From Dehalococcoidia bacterium (GTDB taxonomy: Bacteria; Chloroflexota; Dehalococcoidia; Lucifugimonadales; UBA3495), in contig DAOUIF010000013.1 in assembly GCA_034423575.1 (NCBI GenBank), forward strand, positions 2,367-66,366: 64,000 bases of DNA, in the 5' to 3' direction. Below, one piece after another: positions 45,075 through 53,204 of this stretch. Below the pieces are notes generated by a model that was not told the DNA's origin, searched no databases, and was given only the letters and a program-made list of their open reading frames with translations. Position 1 is the stretch's first letter; each line of letters begins with the position of its first letter. A program made the translations under genes and the position numbers.

Positions 45075-46583
45075 ATGGTACTGGAACTTGAAACCGCCCC
45101 CGGCGCCATGACCGGCACCCGCTACATTAAGAGCCTGCGGGACGGCCGCGAGGTCTGGCTGGACGGCGAGAAGGTCGCGGACGTGACCACCCATCCGGCC
45201 CTGACCGGCATGGTCCACGAGTTGGCCCGCATCTACGACCTCCAGCACTCGGACAAGTACCGCGACGAGATGACCTTCGTATCGCCGGAAACGGGCAACC
45301 GCTGCAGCGTGTCCTGGCTGCTTCCTCGTACTCACGAGGATCTCAAGAAACAGCGGCGCAACAGCGAAATCTGGAACGAGGAATCCTGGGGGCAGCTGGG
45401 TCGCAGCCCCGATATTCTGGCCCCCTTCATTACCGGCCTGGTCGCCATCAGCGACGCGCTGGAACAGGTGAAACACCCCAGGTGCAACTTCGCCGAGAAC
45501 GTGGTCAACTATCACCGCTATTGCATGGAGAACGACCTGTTCCTCACCCACGCCCTGGGCGACCCGCAGGTGGACCGCAGCGCGCAGCCTCAGAACGAAA
45601 CCCGCGCCGAAAGCGAGACCGAGGTCGCCCTGCACGTTGTCGAGGAGACCAACGAGGGCGTCATCGTCCACGGCGCCAAGCAACTGGCCACCGCCGCGCC
45701 CATCAGCAACGAAACCTACGTGTCGCTGTCGGCCACCTTCATGCGTCGGTCCGACCCCAGGTTCATCCTGTCGTTTTCCATACCCACCGATACGTCGGGA
45801 TTGAAGATGCTGTGTCGAGAGCCGGTATCCCAGTGGGCCGGCAGCTACGGCCATCCCCTGGGCGCCGCGTACGACGAGCAGGACTCGATGCTGTTCTTCG
45901 ACCACGTCCTGGTGCCGTGGGACCGCGTTTTCATGCTCTACGACTCGACCCCGCTGTTGCAGCGGCTCGGCTCCGAGGCCAACTTCCGCGGCTGGGGCAA
46001 CCTGTGTCGCATCCACCAACGCATGAAACTGATGACCGCCGTCGCCACCTTAATTGCCGAAGCCATTGGGGTTATCGAGTACCGCGAGGTGTCCGCCAAG
46101 CTGGGGGAGATGGCAATGCACACCGAGATGTGGCGACACGCCATGGACGGCGTGGAGCACAACGCCTATTTTGTTCCCAATGGGGCTACGGGGGCTGACA
46201 ACGGTCTGATGTCCCTGGGCTCCACCTCCGGCATGAACATCTACTTCGCCCAGACCTCCCAGCGTATGGTGGAACTGCTGCGCGAGATCTGCGGTTCCGG
46301 CATGATCATGCAGCCCAGCGAGGCCGACTTGGCCAACCCGGAGTTTCGAACCTACCTCGACCGCTACATGCCGGGCAAAGGGGTGGGTGTGGAGTACAAG
46401 TCCCGCCTGTTCCGCCTGGCCCACGATCTGGCGGCCTCGTCCTTCGGCATGCGCCAGGAGATCTACGAGTACTGGCACGGCGGCGACCCCAACCGCAACC
46501 GCATCAACTTGCTCCGCAACTACGACCAATCGGATATCACGGACCGCATCAAGACGCTGATTGCCAAGCCGCTTCGTTCGTAA
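45075..46583 (+). CDS. 4-hydroxyphenylacetate 3-hydroxylase (HpaB) family flavin-dependent monooxygenase
   Basis: GTRYIKSLRDGREVWLDGEKVADVTTHPA..., 502 aa. An alternative start is the ATG at 45108. Confidence 0.85.
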   Translation: MVLELETAPGAMTGTRYIKSLRDGREVWLDGEKVADVTTHPALTGMVHELARIYDLQHSDKYRDEMTFVSPETGNRCSVSWLLPRTHEDLKKQRRNSEIWNEESWGQLGRSPDILAPFITGLVAISDALEQVKHPRCNFAENVVNYHRYCMENDLFLTHALGDPQVDRSAQPQNETRAESETEVALHVVEETNEGVIVHGAKQLATAAPISNETYVSLSATFMRRSDPRFILSFSIPTDTSGLKMLCREPVSQWAGSYGHPLGAAYDEQDSMLFFDHVLVPWDRVFMLYDSTPLLQRLGSEANFRGWGNLCRIHQRMKLMTAVATLIAEAIGVIEYREVSAKLGEMAMHTEMWRHAMDGVEHNAYFVPNGATGADNGLMSLGSTSGMNIYFAQTSQRMVELLREICGSGMIMQPSEADLANPEFRTYLDRYMPGKGVGVEYKSRLFRLAHDLAASSFGMRQEIYEYWHGGDPNRNRINLLRNYDQSDITDRIKTLIAKPLRS

Positions 46584-46590
46584 GCACACC

Positions 46591-46684
46591 GTCATTGCGA
46601 GCGCAGCGTGGCAATCTCGTTGCGGGCCGCCGTCGTTCCGGTAATAACGAGATTGCCGCGTCGCTGTCGCTCCTCTCAATGACA
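46591..46684. repeat. family-A inverted-repeat element, copy 4
   Basis: GTCATTGCGAGCGCAGCGTGGCAATCTCG...CGAGATTGCCGCGTCGCTGTCGCTCCTCTCAATGACA. It fills the gap between convergent genes. Confidence 0.85.
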
Positions 46685-46697
46685 ATGTTCGGATAGC

Positions 46698-47693
46698 CTA
46701 ACCCCAGGTGGCAAACCCCATCGCGCACCCGGTGCCCGCCGGCGACCGGTAACACGGCACGTAATCCACCACGTCCATATCCAGGTGCTCGGTGGCGCCG
46801 GTCACAACGATCCAGTTGCGGATCTCGGAGCTGCCGGAGTTGATCTTCTCCCGGGGCAGGGCCATCAACTGGTCGACGCTCTTGGCCTGCATCCCGGCGA
46901 GGGCCTGCTGGTCGAGTTCCTCATCCACCACGAAGTGGCTCAGGCCGCCGGACGCGAGGATGCCAACGCGGATGTCCTGAGGCCACGACTCGATGGCGGA
47001 GCGCAGCGCCTGTCCCAGGTTAAAGCACCGCTTGGGCGTCGGTTGGTTGGGCGGGTAGTAGGTGTTCAGCATCACCGGCACGGTGGGCAGGATGCCTTCG
47101 GTCATGATCCGGTTGTACACGTAGCCAAAGGCGTGTCCGATGCCGCCCCGCTCCCCGCGCCCGCGGGTGGGGTCAAGGAACTTCGAGGAACCCACGTCGA
47201 ACTCGTCGTCCATCAGGCTGTCGATGATGTGCAGGCCCAGCGCTGAGTCGGTGGGCACCTGGACGTCCTCGGTGTTGTAGCCGATCAGATTCATTCCGCC
47301 CGTGGACGGCCCGGCCTCGTGGCCTGACACCTTCACCTCGTCGCCCCAGTAGACGCAGAAAGCCGGCATGTTGTCGTCCAGCAGATACTCGTGCTGGTCG
47401 TCGCCGACCATCACCAGCACGTCCAGGTTGGCGTCGTACAGCTTCTTGGACAGGTGAGCGATGGCTTTCTGGTTCTGCTCGTGCCGTTTGGCGAACTTCT
47501 CAGGCGTGATCTCTTTGGCGATCCGCTCGGTGTCAGTGCGGGCCAGCAGATCCTCGAAATTGGAGGTGATGCCGTCGGTCCCGATCAGCTCGAGATGCCC
47601 CTTGTCACGCTCACCGCGGCCGGCCCAGCCTTCAGGAGGAGTGCTGAGTTGCGGGCTGTGGGAGGAGGCCAGACCCAATACCAGTTCTGCCAT
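46698..47693 (-). CDS. class III extradiol ring-cleavage dioxygenase (LigB family)
   Basis: SSHSP, GDDQHE, PTPKRC, ASGGLSHF and SGSSEIRNW match the LigB metal/catalytic blocks as I recall them. AAGGAG RBS before the ATG at 47693. Confidence 0.8.
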   Translation of the reverse strand: MAELVLGLASSHSPQLSTPPEGWAGRGERDKGHLELIGTDGITSNFEDLLARTDTERIAKEITPEKFAKRHEQNQKAIAHLSKKLYDANLDVLVMVGDDQHEYLLDDNMPAFCVYWGDEVKVSGHEAGPSTGGMNLIGYNTEDVQVPTDSALGLHIIDSLMDDEFDVGSSKFLDPTRGRGERGGIGHAFGYVYNRIMTEGILPTVPVMLNTYYPPNQPTPKRCFNLGQALRSAIESWPQDIRVGILASGGLSHFVVDEELDQQALAGMQAKSVDQLMALPREKINSGSSEIRNWIVVTGATEHLDMDVVDYVPCYRSPAGTGCAMGFATWG

Positions 47694-47972
47694 TTTGTGG
47701 CTCCTTGTTTTGTGATTGCAGATGATCAGCGGGCCGGGCGCCAAGTCCAACGGGACGTCGGCCGGTGCCCGATTTTCTGCTCATTCTACCCCATGGGCGC
47801 GACTCCTTGTGGGCGCGCCAAAACGGTGGCCGGCGCATGCATTTGCTTGCGCCTCTCGTAACGCGTGTATATCATTGCGGCAGTACGGAATCCACTGCCA
47901 CAGTGCCACCGTAGCGGAGATATGTCCGCGCGAAGGTGAGGCAATCACCGTGACGAAAGGAGCGAGACTGGT

Positions 47973-49523
47973 ATGAAGTACGACTACATCGTGATTGGTG
48001 CGGGCTCCGCTGGTTCGATTATCGCCAGCCGCCTGACCGAGGACCACAGCAAGCACGTGCTGCTCATTGAGGCCGGCCCGGACTACCCTGAGTTCGAGCA
48101 TCTGCCCGAAGAGGTCAAGTTCGGCTACAACACCGAGATTGACATCATGGTCAGCGACCACAACTGGCAGTTCGTTGGCAAGGGCACCGACACCTCGCCG
48201 GAGATGATGGTCCCACGAGGCAAGGTGACCGGCGGTTCCAGCGCCATCAACGGCCAGGTGTTCCTGCGCGGCGTGCCCGAGGACTACGACGGTTGGGCCT
48301 CTGTCGGCAACGACGAGTGGTCCTACACCAAGTTGCTGCCCATCTTCCGGCGCATCGAGACCGACACCGACTACGGCAACGACGACTTCCACGGCGGCGA
48401 CGGCCCCATCGTCATGCACCGGTTCGCCCGAGAGTCGTGGCTGCCGGCGCAGAATGCCTTCAGCGCCGCGTGCGTGGCCGCCGGCTACCCCGAAACCTGG
48501 GACCACAACCATCCCGATTCCTACGGAGTCGGTCCCACCCCGTTCAACAACCCCAACGGCATACGGATGAGCACCAACCTGGGGTACCTTTCCGAGTCAC
48601 GGCACCGGCTGAACCTTACCATCAAGGCCAACTGCCACGTCCAACGCATCCTGTTCGACGGCAACAAGGCCGTGGGCGTGCAGCTGGAATCGGGCGGCGA
48701 GACCTTCGTGGCAGAGGCCGACGATATCGTGCTCAGCAGCGGCGCCATCGGTTCGCCCCACATCCTGATGCTGTCGGGGATCGGTCCGGCCGAACATCTG
48801 CGGGAAATGGGCATCCCGGTCGTGCACGACTCCCCCGGCGTCGGCCAGAACCTGCGCGACCATCCCACCGTCTGGTGCACCTGGCGCACCAAGCCCGAAG
48901 TTGAGCTGGACGGTCTGGCTCCACGCTCGCAGCTTTGCCTCCGCTACACGGCGCCCGGTTCCGACCTGCGTAACGACATGAAGATCAGCATGCAGTCCTT
49001 CGCCACCGAGCGCATCAACCGCGGCGGCGACCGCATGGTGCCCCTGGGCGTTCGCATGAGCACCGGCATCCAATTGGCCGCCGGCGCCGGACACATGCGG
49101 CTCCAGTCCACCGACCCATCCGAACAGCCCTTCCTGGACTACAACTACCTTCAGGAAGAGTCGGACCGGGTCCGGCTGCGGGATTCGGTGCGCCTGTGCC
49201 TGCAATTGGCGGAGCATCCCGAGTTCCAGAACCTGCTCCAGGAACGCATCGAGCCACCAGCCGAATCGGAGACCGACGACTCCATCCTGGATGCCTGGAT
49301 CGCCCGTGAGGTCACCACGTCCCAGCACATCTCCGGCACCTGCAAGATGGGCCCGGACAGTGACCCCATGGCTGTGGTCGACCAGTTCGGCAAGGTCAAA
49401 GGTGTGACCAACCTGCGCGTCGCCGACGCCAGCGTCATGCCCGACTGCATCCGCGCCAACACCAACGTCACCTCCATGACCATCGGCGAGCGCGTCGCCG
49501 AGTTCATCAAGGAAGGACGCTAA
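47973..49523 (+). CDS. GMC family FAD-dependent oxidoreductase
   Basis: MKYDYIVIGAGSAGSIIASRL..., GGSSAINGQ, HISGTCKMG...RVADASVMP; AAAGGAG RBS. Confidence 0.9.
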   Translation: MKYDYIVIGAGSAGSIIASRLTEDHSKHVLLIEAGPDYPEFEHLPEEVKFGYNTEIDIMVSDHNWQFVGKGTDTSPEMMVPRGKVTGGSSAINGQVFLRGVPEDYDGWASVGNDEWSYTKLLPIFRRIETDTDYGNDDFHGGDGPIVMHRFARESWLPAQNAFSAACVAAGYPETWDHNHPDSYGVGPTPFNNPNGIRMSTNLGYLSESRHRLNLTIKANCHVQRILFDGNKAVGVQLESGGETFVAEADDIVLSSGAIGSPHILMLSGIGPAEHLREMGIPVVHDSPGVGQNLRDHPTVWCTWRTKPEVELDGLAPRSQLCLRYTAPGSDLRNDMKISMQSFATERINRGGDRMVPLGVRMSTGIQLAAGAGHMRLQSTDPSEQPFLDYNYLQEESDRVRLRDSVRLCLQLAEHPEFQNLLQERIEPPAESETDDSILDAWIAREVTTSQHISGTCKMGPDSDPMAVVDQFGKVKGVTNLRVADASVMPDCIRANTNVTSMTIGERVAEFIKEGR

Positions 49524-49534
49524 AGCGCAACCCT

Positions 49535-49562
49535 GCAGGGGCGGAGGTTCATCCGCCCCTGC
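49535..49562. terminator. GC-rich hairpin after the GMC gene (terminator-like, no U-tract)
   Basis: Perfect 11-bp stem GCAGGGGCGGA/TCCGCCCCTGC with a 6-nt loop, 12 nt after the stop. Confidence 0.45.
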
Positions 49563-49577
49563 GCAGAAGCTCGCACC

Positions 49578-49892
49578 ATGCCTCCCGCACGTAAATGGGC
49601 TCGAATCGAGGACCTGGCGGTTCTGCACCTCTATCGGGGCAAGGTGGCCTTGGACAGTCGCGAGGTGGCCGCTCTGGCGGCGGCGCTGGAGCGCAGCCCG
49701 AAGTCGATCGGCACCCGGATCCAGGCCTTCGCCGGCTTGGATCCGGCCAACCCTTACTCCCCGTCCAGCAAGGCCACGGCCCTGACGCAATCCGTCTGGG
49801 CCGAATACCTCGCCGACCGTACCGCCATCGCGGTGGAAGGACAGCGCGCCTATCTTGGCATCCTCAACCGATACTCGATGGGTCGGCCGTAG
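49578..49892 (+). CDS. hypothetical protein (104 aa)
   Basis: G/C-rich third positions consistent with coding; no clear RBS. Bracketed by two related hairpins. The segment SIGTRIQAFAGLDPANP faintly recalls N-terminal regions of some HNH/restriction-type proteins (memory only). Confidence 0.45.
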   Translation: MPPARKWARIEDLAVLHLYRGKVALDSREVAALAAALERSPKSIGTRIQAFAGLDPANPYSPSSKATALTQSVWAEYLADRTAIAVEGQRAYLGILNRYSMGRP

Positions 49893-49919
49893 AGAGCCAA
49901 CCCACCCAAATCGGCAGAA

Positions 49920-49951
49920 ATTTAGGGGCGAATGGTAATTCGCCCCTAAAT
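49920..49951. terminator. perfect 14-bp hairpin between convergent genes (bidirectional terminator-like)
   Basis: ATTTAGGGGCGAAT-ggta-ATTCGCCCCTAAAT, with A/T-rich flanks on both sides. Confidence 0.55.
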
Positions 49952-49971
49952 CGTTCCGTGTCGGCTGTGGG

Positions 49972-50367
49972 TTAGACCAGCACGCCAAACCCAGACTTGG
50001 TGCAGATTTCCAACCGGTTGTGGTCCGGGTCGTGGAAATAGAAGGCCTGCTGCCCGTCGTGGCGGGTTTGGATATCGGTGCACTCCACGCCGATGTTCTG
50101 CAACTCGTCGCGGGCGGCTGAGATATCGTCCACCTCGAACGCGGTGTGGTGCGACGGCGCGGACGGCGCGTCCGGGTTTTCGATGATGTGCACCATGGCC
50201 CCGCTGGGCAACTGCAACCAGTAGAGGTTGTCGTTGTCGACCATCTTCGGGATCTGCTTGACGCCGAGGACCTCCTCGTACCACTTCAGGGCGATGTCCT
50301 TGTCCCGAACGTTGTAGGTGATGTGATTGATCGCCTTGAGGCGGATGTTGTCCGCGATGAGTCCCAT
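49972..50367 (-). CDS. VOC family protein (glyoxalase/extradiol dioxygenase fold)
   Basis: INHITYNVRDKDIALKWYEEVLG...HHTAFEV...DPDHNRLEI. GGGAGGG RBS before the ATG at 50367. Confidence 0.8.
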   Translation of the reverse strand: MGLIADNIRLKAINHITYNVRDKDIALKWYEEVLGVKQIPKMVDNDNLYWLQLPSGAMVHIIENPDAPSAPSHHTAFEVDDISAARDELQNIGVECTDIQTRHDGQQAFYFHDPDHNRLEICTKSGFGVLV

Positions 50368-50410
50368 AAGGTTTCCCTCCCGATGGTCAGGGTTGTGTAG
50401 TTTCTTCCCG

Positions 50411-51382
50411 TCAGATCTCCAGCAGCCTCTCCAGGTTGCCAAAGAGAATGGCGTCTTTTTCGTCGCGGGTCAGGCTGTCCAACCCGAGCAACCAGGACAC
50501 GGGCCAGTCGGCGCACATGTCGAAGGGCCAGTCGGTCCCGAATACGACCTGCTCGATGCCGACCATGTCGATGAGCATGCGCAGCCCGTCTTCGCTGTGG
50601 GTCAGGCAGTCGTAGTAGAACCGTCCCAAGTAGGCGCTGGGCGGCTGGTCGATGTTGGCCCGGGCCTCCGGTCGCACCTGCCAGCCCCGGTCCATGCGCC
50701 CGATGCCGTAGCAGGCGTAGCCGCCCCCGTGGCACAGGCACACCCGCAGCCCGGGGTAGCGGTCCATCACGCCGCCAAATACGAACGAGGCATAGGTGAT
50801 GGCGCGATCCGCCAGGTTGCCGATGGTGTTGGGTAAATGGTAGCGGTTGAGCCTTTCGGATACCACCGTATCCCCGCCCTGATGTACCAGGAACATCGCG
50901 CCCAGCCTTTCTGCGGTCGCCCACAGCGGCTGGAAGACCGGATCGTCGAAGGTGCGTCCGTTGACATGGTCCCCGATCATTGCGCCTTTGAGGCCGAGCT
51001 CTTCGACCGCCCGGGTGAGTTCCTCGATGGCCGCGCCCACATCCTGCATTGGCAGATGGGCCAGGCCGGCGAAGCGATCCGGATACTCCTCGGTCAGCTG
51101 AGCGACATAGTCATTGCACTCTCGGTGCATGGCCATGGTCTGGTCCACGCTCAGATCGTAGAAGTACATGTTGGCGTTGGTGGACAACACGTGAACGTCG
51201 ACGCCCAGCGAGTTCATATCGGCAATGCGCTGTTCCGGCGTCCAGAAGGTGCGCGGGTTGTAGCGGTGCTGGTTGTACAGTTGCGGTGCCGTGACCCCGA
51301 ACCAGTTATCGCCGCTCTGCATTGCCCGCAGCGCGCTGGCTGGCGTTATATGCGCATGGACATCGAGAACGCGTACTGCCAT
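50411..51382 (-). CDS. amidohydrolase_2 (ACMSD/LigW-type decarboxylase/hydrolase) family protein
   Basis: VLDVHAHI (HxH), ...CHGGG..., and FGTDWPF near the C-terminus; 323 aa. Confidence 0.8.
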   Translation of the reverse strand: MAVRVLDVHAHITPASALRAMQSGDNWFGVTAPQLYNQHRYNPRTFWTPEQRIADMNSLGVDVHVLSTNANMYFYDLSVDQTMAMHRECNDYVAQLTEEYPDRFAGLAHLPMQDVGAAIEELTRAVEELGLKGAMIGDHVNGRTFDDPVFQPLWATAERLGAMFLVHQGGDTVVSERLNRYHLPNTIGNLADRAITYASFVFGGVMDRYPGLRVCLCHGGGYACYGIGRMDRGWQVRPEARANIDQPPSAYLGRFYYDCLTHSEDGLRMLIDMVGIEQVVFGTDWPFDMCADWPVSWLLGLDSLTRDEKDAILFGNLERLLEI

Positions 51383-51574
51383 TATCGGTATGCTCCTGTA
51401 TGGTCACAGCCGGGCCAGCCGAAGCGGCTCCCAGACGACGGAGGTTGCGGTGAATTATAGCCGCTTTGGTTTCGTTCGTCAGGCCGCGTTGAGGCCTCGG
51501 CATTGGAACACACAAACCAGCCCCTGTTATCATGTTTTCGCCAAGTCAGTTTCACGTATGGAGACCGCGAATTC

Positions 51575-52648
51575 ATGACAACTCCCGCTTCGCGCACCCA
51601 GCACCCGTACTTCATGTACGACGCCATCGTCGGCCAGCCCGAAGCCATCCGCTCGGTGATAGCGGGCCAAAGTGAACGATGCGGGGAAATCGCCGCCGTC
51701 CTGTCCAGCAAGCGCCGGATATACGTCGTTGGGATCGGCACGTCCTGGCACGCGGCGCTGGTGGGCGCGTCCATAATGGACGCGGGGCCAGAGGCTTGGG
51801 CATGGAACTCCTTTGAGTTTTGCGTGTCGCCACCTCGGGTCACGACAGACGATGCGGTCATAGTCATCAGCCACCGGGGAACCAAGCGGTCGTCGTACGA
51901 CGCGCTGGATCTCGCCAACAGTCTCGGGGCCTATACCGTGGCGATCACCTCCACCGACCCGGGCCCGCGCATTCTGACTGCCGACGCCGGCATTCGTACC
52001 GTGCAGCAGGAAAGGTCGGCGGCCTTCACCATCAGCTACACCACCGCGCTCACGGCGCTGGCCATGCTCAACCTGGGCATGGCCGGCCGGATGGATGACC
52101 CCGGTAGCGGATTGGACGCCTTTCCCGGTCAGATCGCCGGGATCCTGGCCGGTGAGGACGATGTACGCGCGGTGGTGGCTGACCATCACTCTCGGCGCCG
52201 GTTCATTTCCGCGGGTTGGGGTTCCAACCGGGCCAATGCTTACGAGGTCGCGCTGAAGATCAAGGAGACCAGCCGTGCCGATTGCGAAGGCTTTCAGACC
52301 GAGCAGTTGCTCCATGGGCCTTTCTGCTCCCTGGATTCTGACTGCTTGCTGACGCTCCTAGCTCCCGCCGGGGAGGACCGCGGTCGTTCCGTGGACCTTG
52401 CCGAGGCCGCTCGGGAGTTGGGCACCCCCGTGTGGGCGCTGTCCAATCGCCCGGATGACGGCCTGGCAGAAGCGGGCGCGGTCACCTTCCCGTTGCCGGA
52501 TTGTCCGTCGTACCTCATGCCCATCGCCAGCGTCGTTCCGCTGCAATTGTTCACCTACCACCTGGCCCTGGCGCGCGGGACGCATCCCGACCTGTTCCAG
52601 CAGGACGACCCGCTCCAGGCCGCTGCGCGAACCCACTACAACCTCTAA
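51575..52648 (+). CDS. SIS-domain sugar-phosphate isomerase/deglycase-like protein (two SIS domains)
   Basis: HPYFMYDAIVGQPEAI start (GlmS-isomerase/FrlB-like), VVGIGTSWHAA and ISHRGTKRS. ATG at 51575. Confidence 0.7.
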   Translation: MTTPASRTQHPYFMYDAIVGQPEAIRSVIAGQSERCGEIAAVLSSKRRIYVVGIGTSWHAALVGASIMDAGPEAWAWNSFEFCVSPPRVTTDDAVIVISHRGTKRSSYDALDLANSLGAYTVAITSTDPGPRILTADAGIRTVQQERSAAFTISYTTALTALAMLNLGMAGRMDDPGSGLDAFPGQIAGILAGEDDVRAVVADHHSRRRFISAGWGSNRANAYEVALKIKETSRADCEGFQTEQLLHGPFCSLDSDCLLTLLAPAGEDRGRSVDLAEAARELGTPVWALSNRPDDGLAEAGAVTFPLPDCPSYLMPIASVVPLQLFTYHLALARGTHPDLFQQDDPLQAAARTHYNL

Positions 52649-52668
52649 ACCATCCAAAGGAGACTCCC

Positions 52669-53043
52669 ATGCCGGACAACGCTGACGCCCAGCGCCTGAT
52701 CGAGGAAGCCGCACAGACCCGGGGTTACACCCTCGAGATGCACCGCATCAATGCCCTGGCAGACCCGGAATGGACCCAGAAGTACGGCGAGTTCATCGAG
52801 GCCACCTACACCGGACAACGACTCCTCGACCGCAAGACCAAGGAACTCCTGCAAATCTGCGTGGAGACTGCCCTTCGCGCCGACCAGGAGCAGATCCAGG
52901 CCCACATCCGCGTCGCCCTCAACGAGGGCGCCACGCCCCGCGAGATCCTGGAGGCCATGCAGGCCGTCATCGCCCCCATGGGCGCCTTGGCGTTCCGCCG
53001 CGGCGTCCAAGCCTGGGCGGCGGAAACGGGGTTCGAGTACTGA
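52669..53043 (+). CDS. carboxymuconolactone decarboxylase (AhpD-like) family protein
   Basis: 124 aa. LDRKTKELLQICVETAL...HIRVALNEGATPREILEA; AAAGGAG RBS before the ATG at 52669. Confidence 0.75.
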   Translation: MPDNADAQRLIEEAAQTRGYTLEMHRINALADPEWTQKYGEFIEATYTGQRLLDRKTKELLQICVETALRADQEQIQAHIRVALNEGATPREILEAMQAVIAPMGALAFRRGVQAWAAETGFEY

Positions 53044-53116
53044 CGCGGAACACCCGGCGGCGTTGTCACGCAACGGCCGACACAGCGGTTCTGCCTATAG
53101 CTGCCCGATCCTGCCG

Positions 53117-53146
53117 TTGACGCTCGGCACCGGCCTACCCTACAAT
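53117..53146 (+). promoter_or_regulatory. putative alaS promoter (TTGACG-18-TACAAT)
   Basis: Read from the sequence, about 58 nt upstream of the alaS ATG. Confidence 0.45.
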
Positions 53147-53204
53147 CGCCAGTAGAGTCCATAGCCGAAAATCGTAACCAAACCTACGGGAGTCGTAACC
53201 TCGT

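Noticed and set aside
43527-46019. 830-aa minus-strand ORF, the longest ORF in the track
   Set aside because: It runs antisense across two well-supported plus-strand genes (amidohydrolase and HpaB-like). Its translation is Gly/Arg/Val/His/Ala-rich and low-complexity with no motif. This is a typical shadow ORF of a high-GC genome.
49524-49971. Possibility that the hairpin-flanked small ORF is an integron gene cassette
   Set aside because: The hairpins lack attC features (RYYYAAC/GTTRRRY core sites, extrahelical bases, 60-140 bp length), and there is no intI or cassette array nearby.
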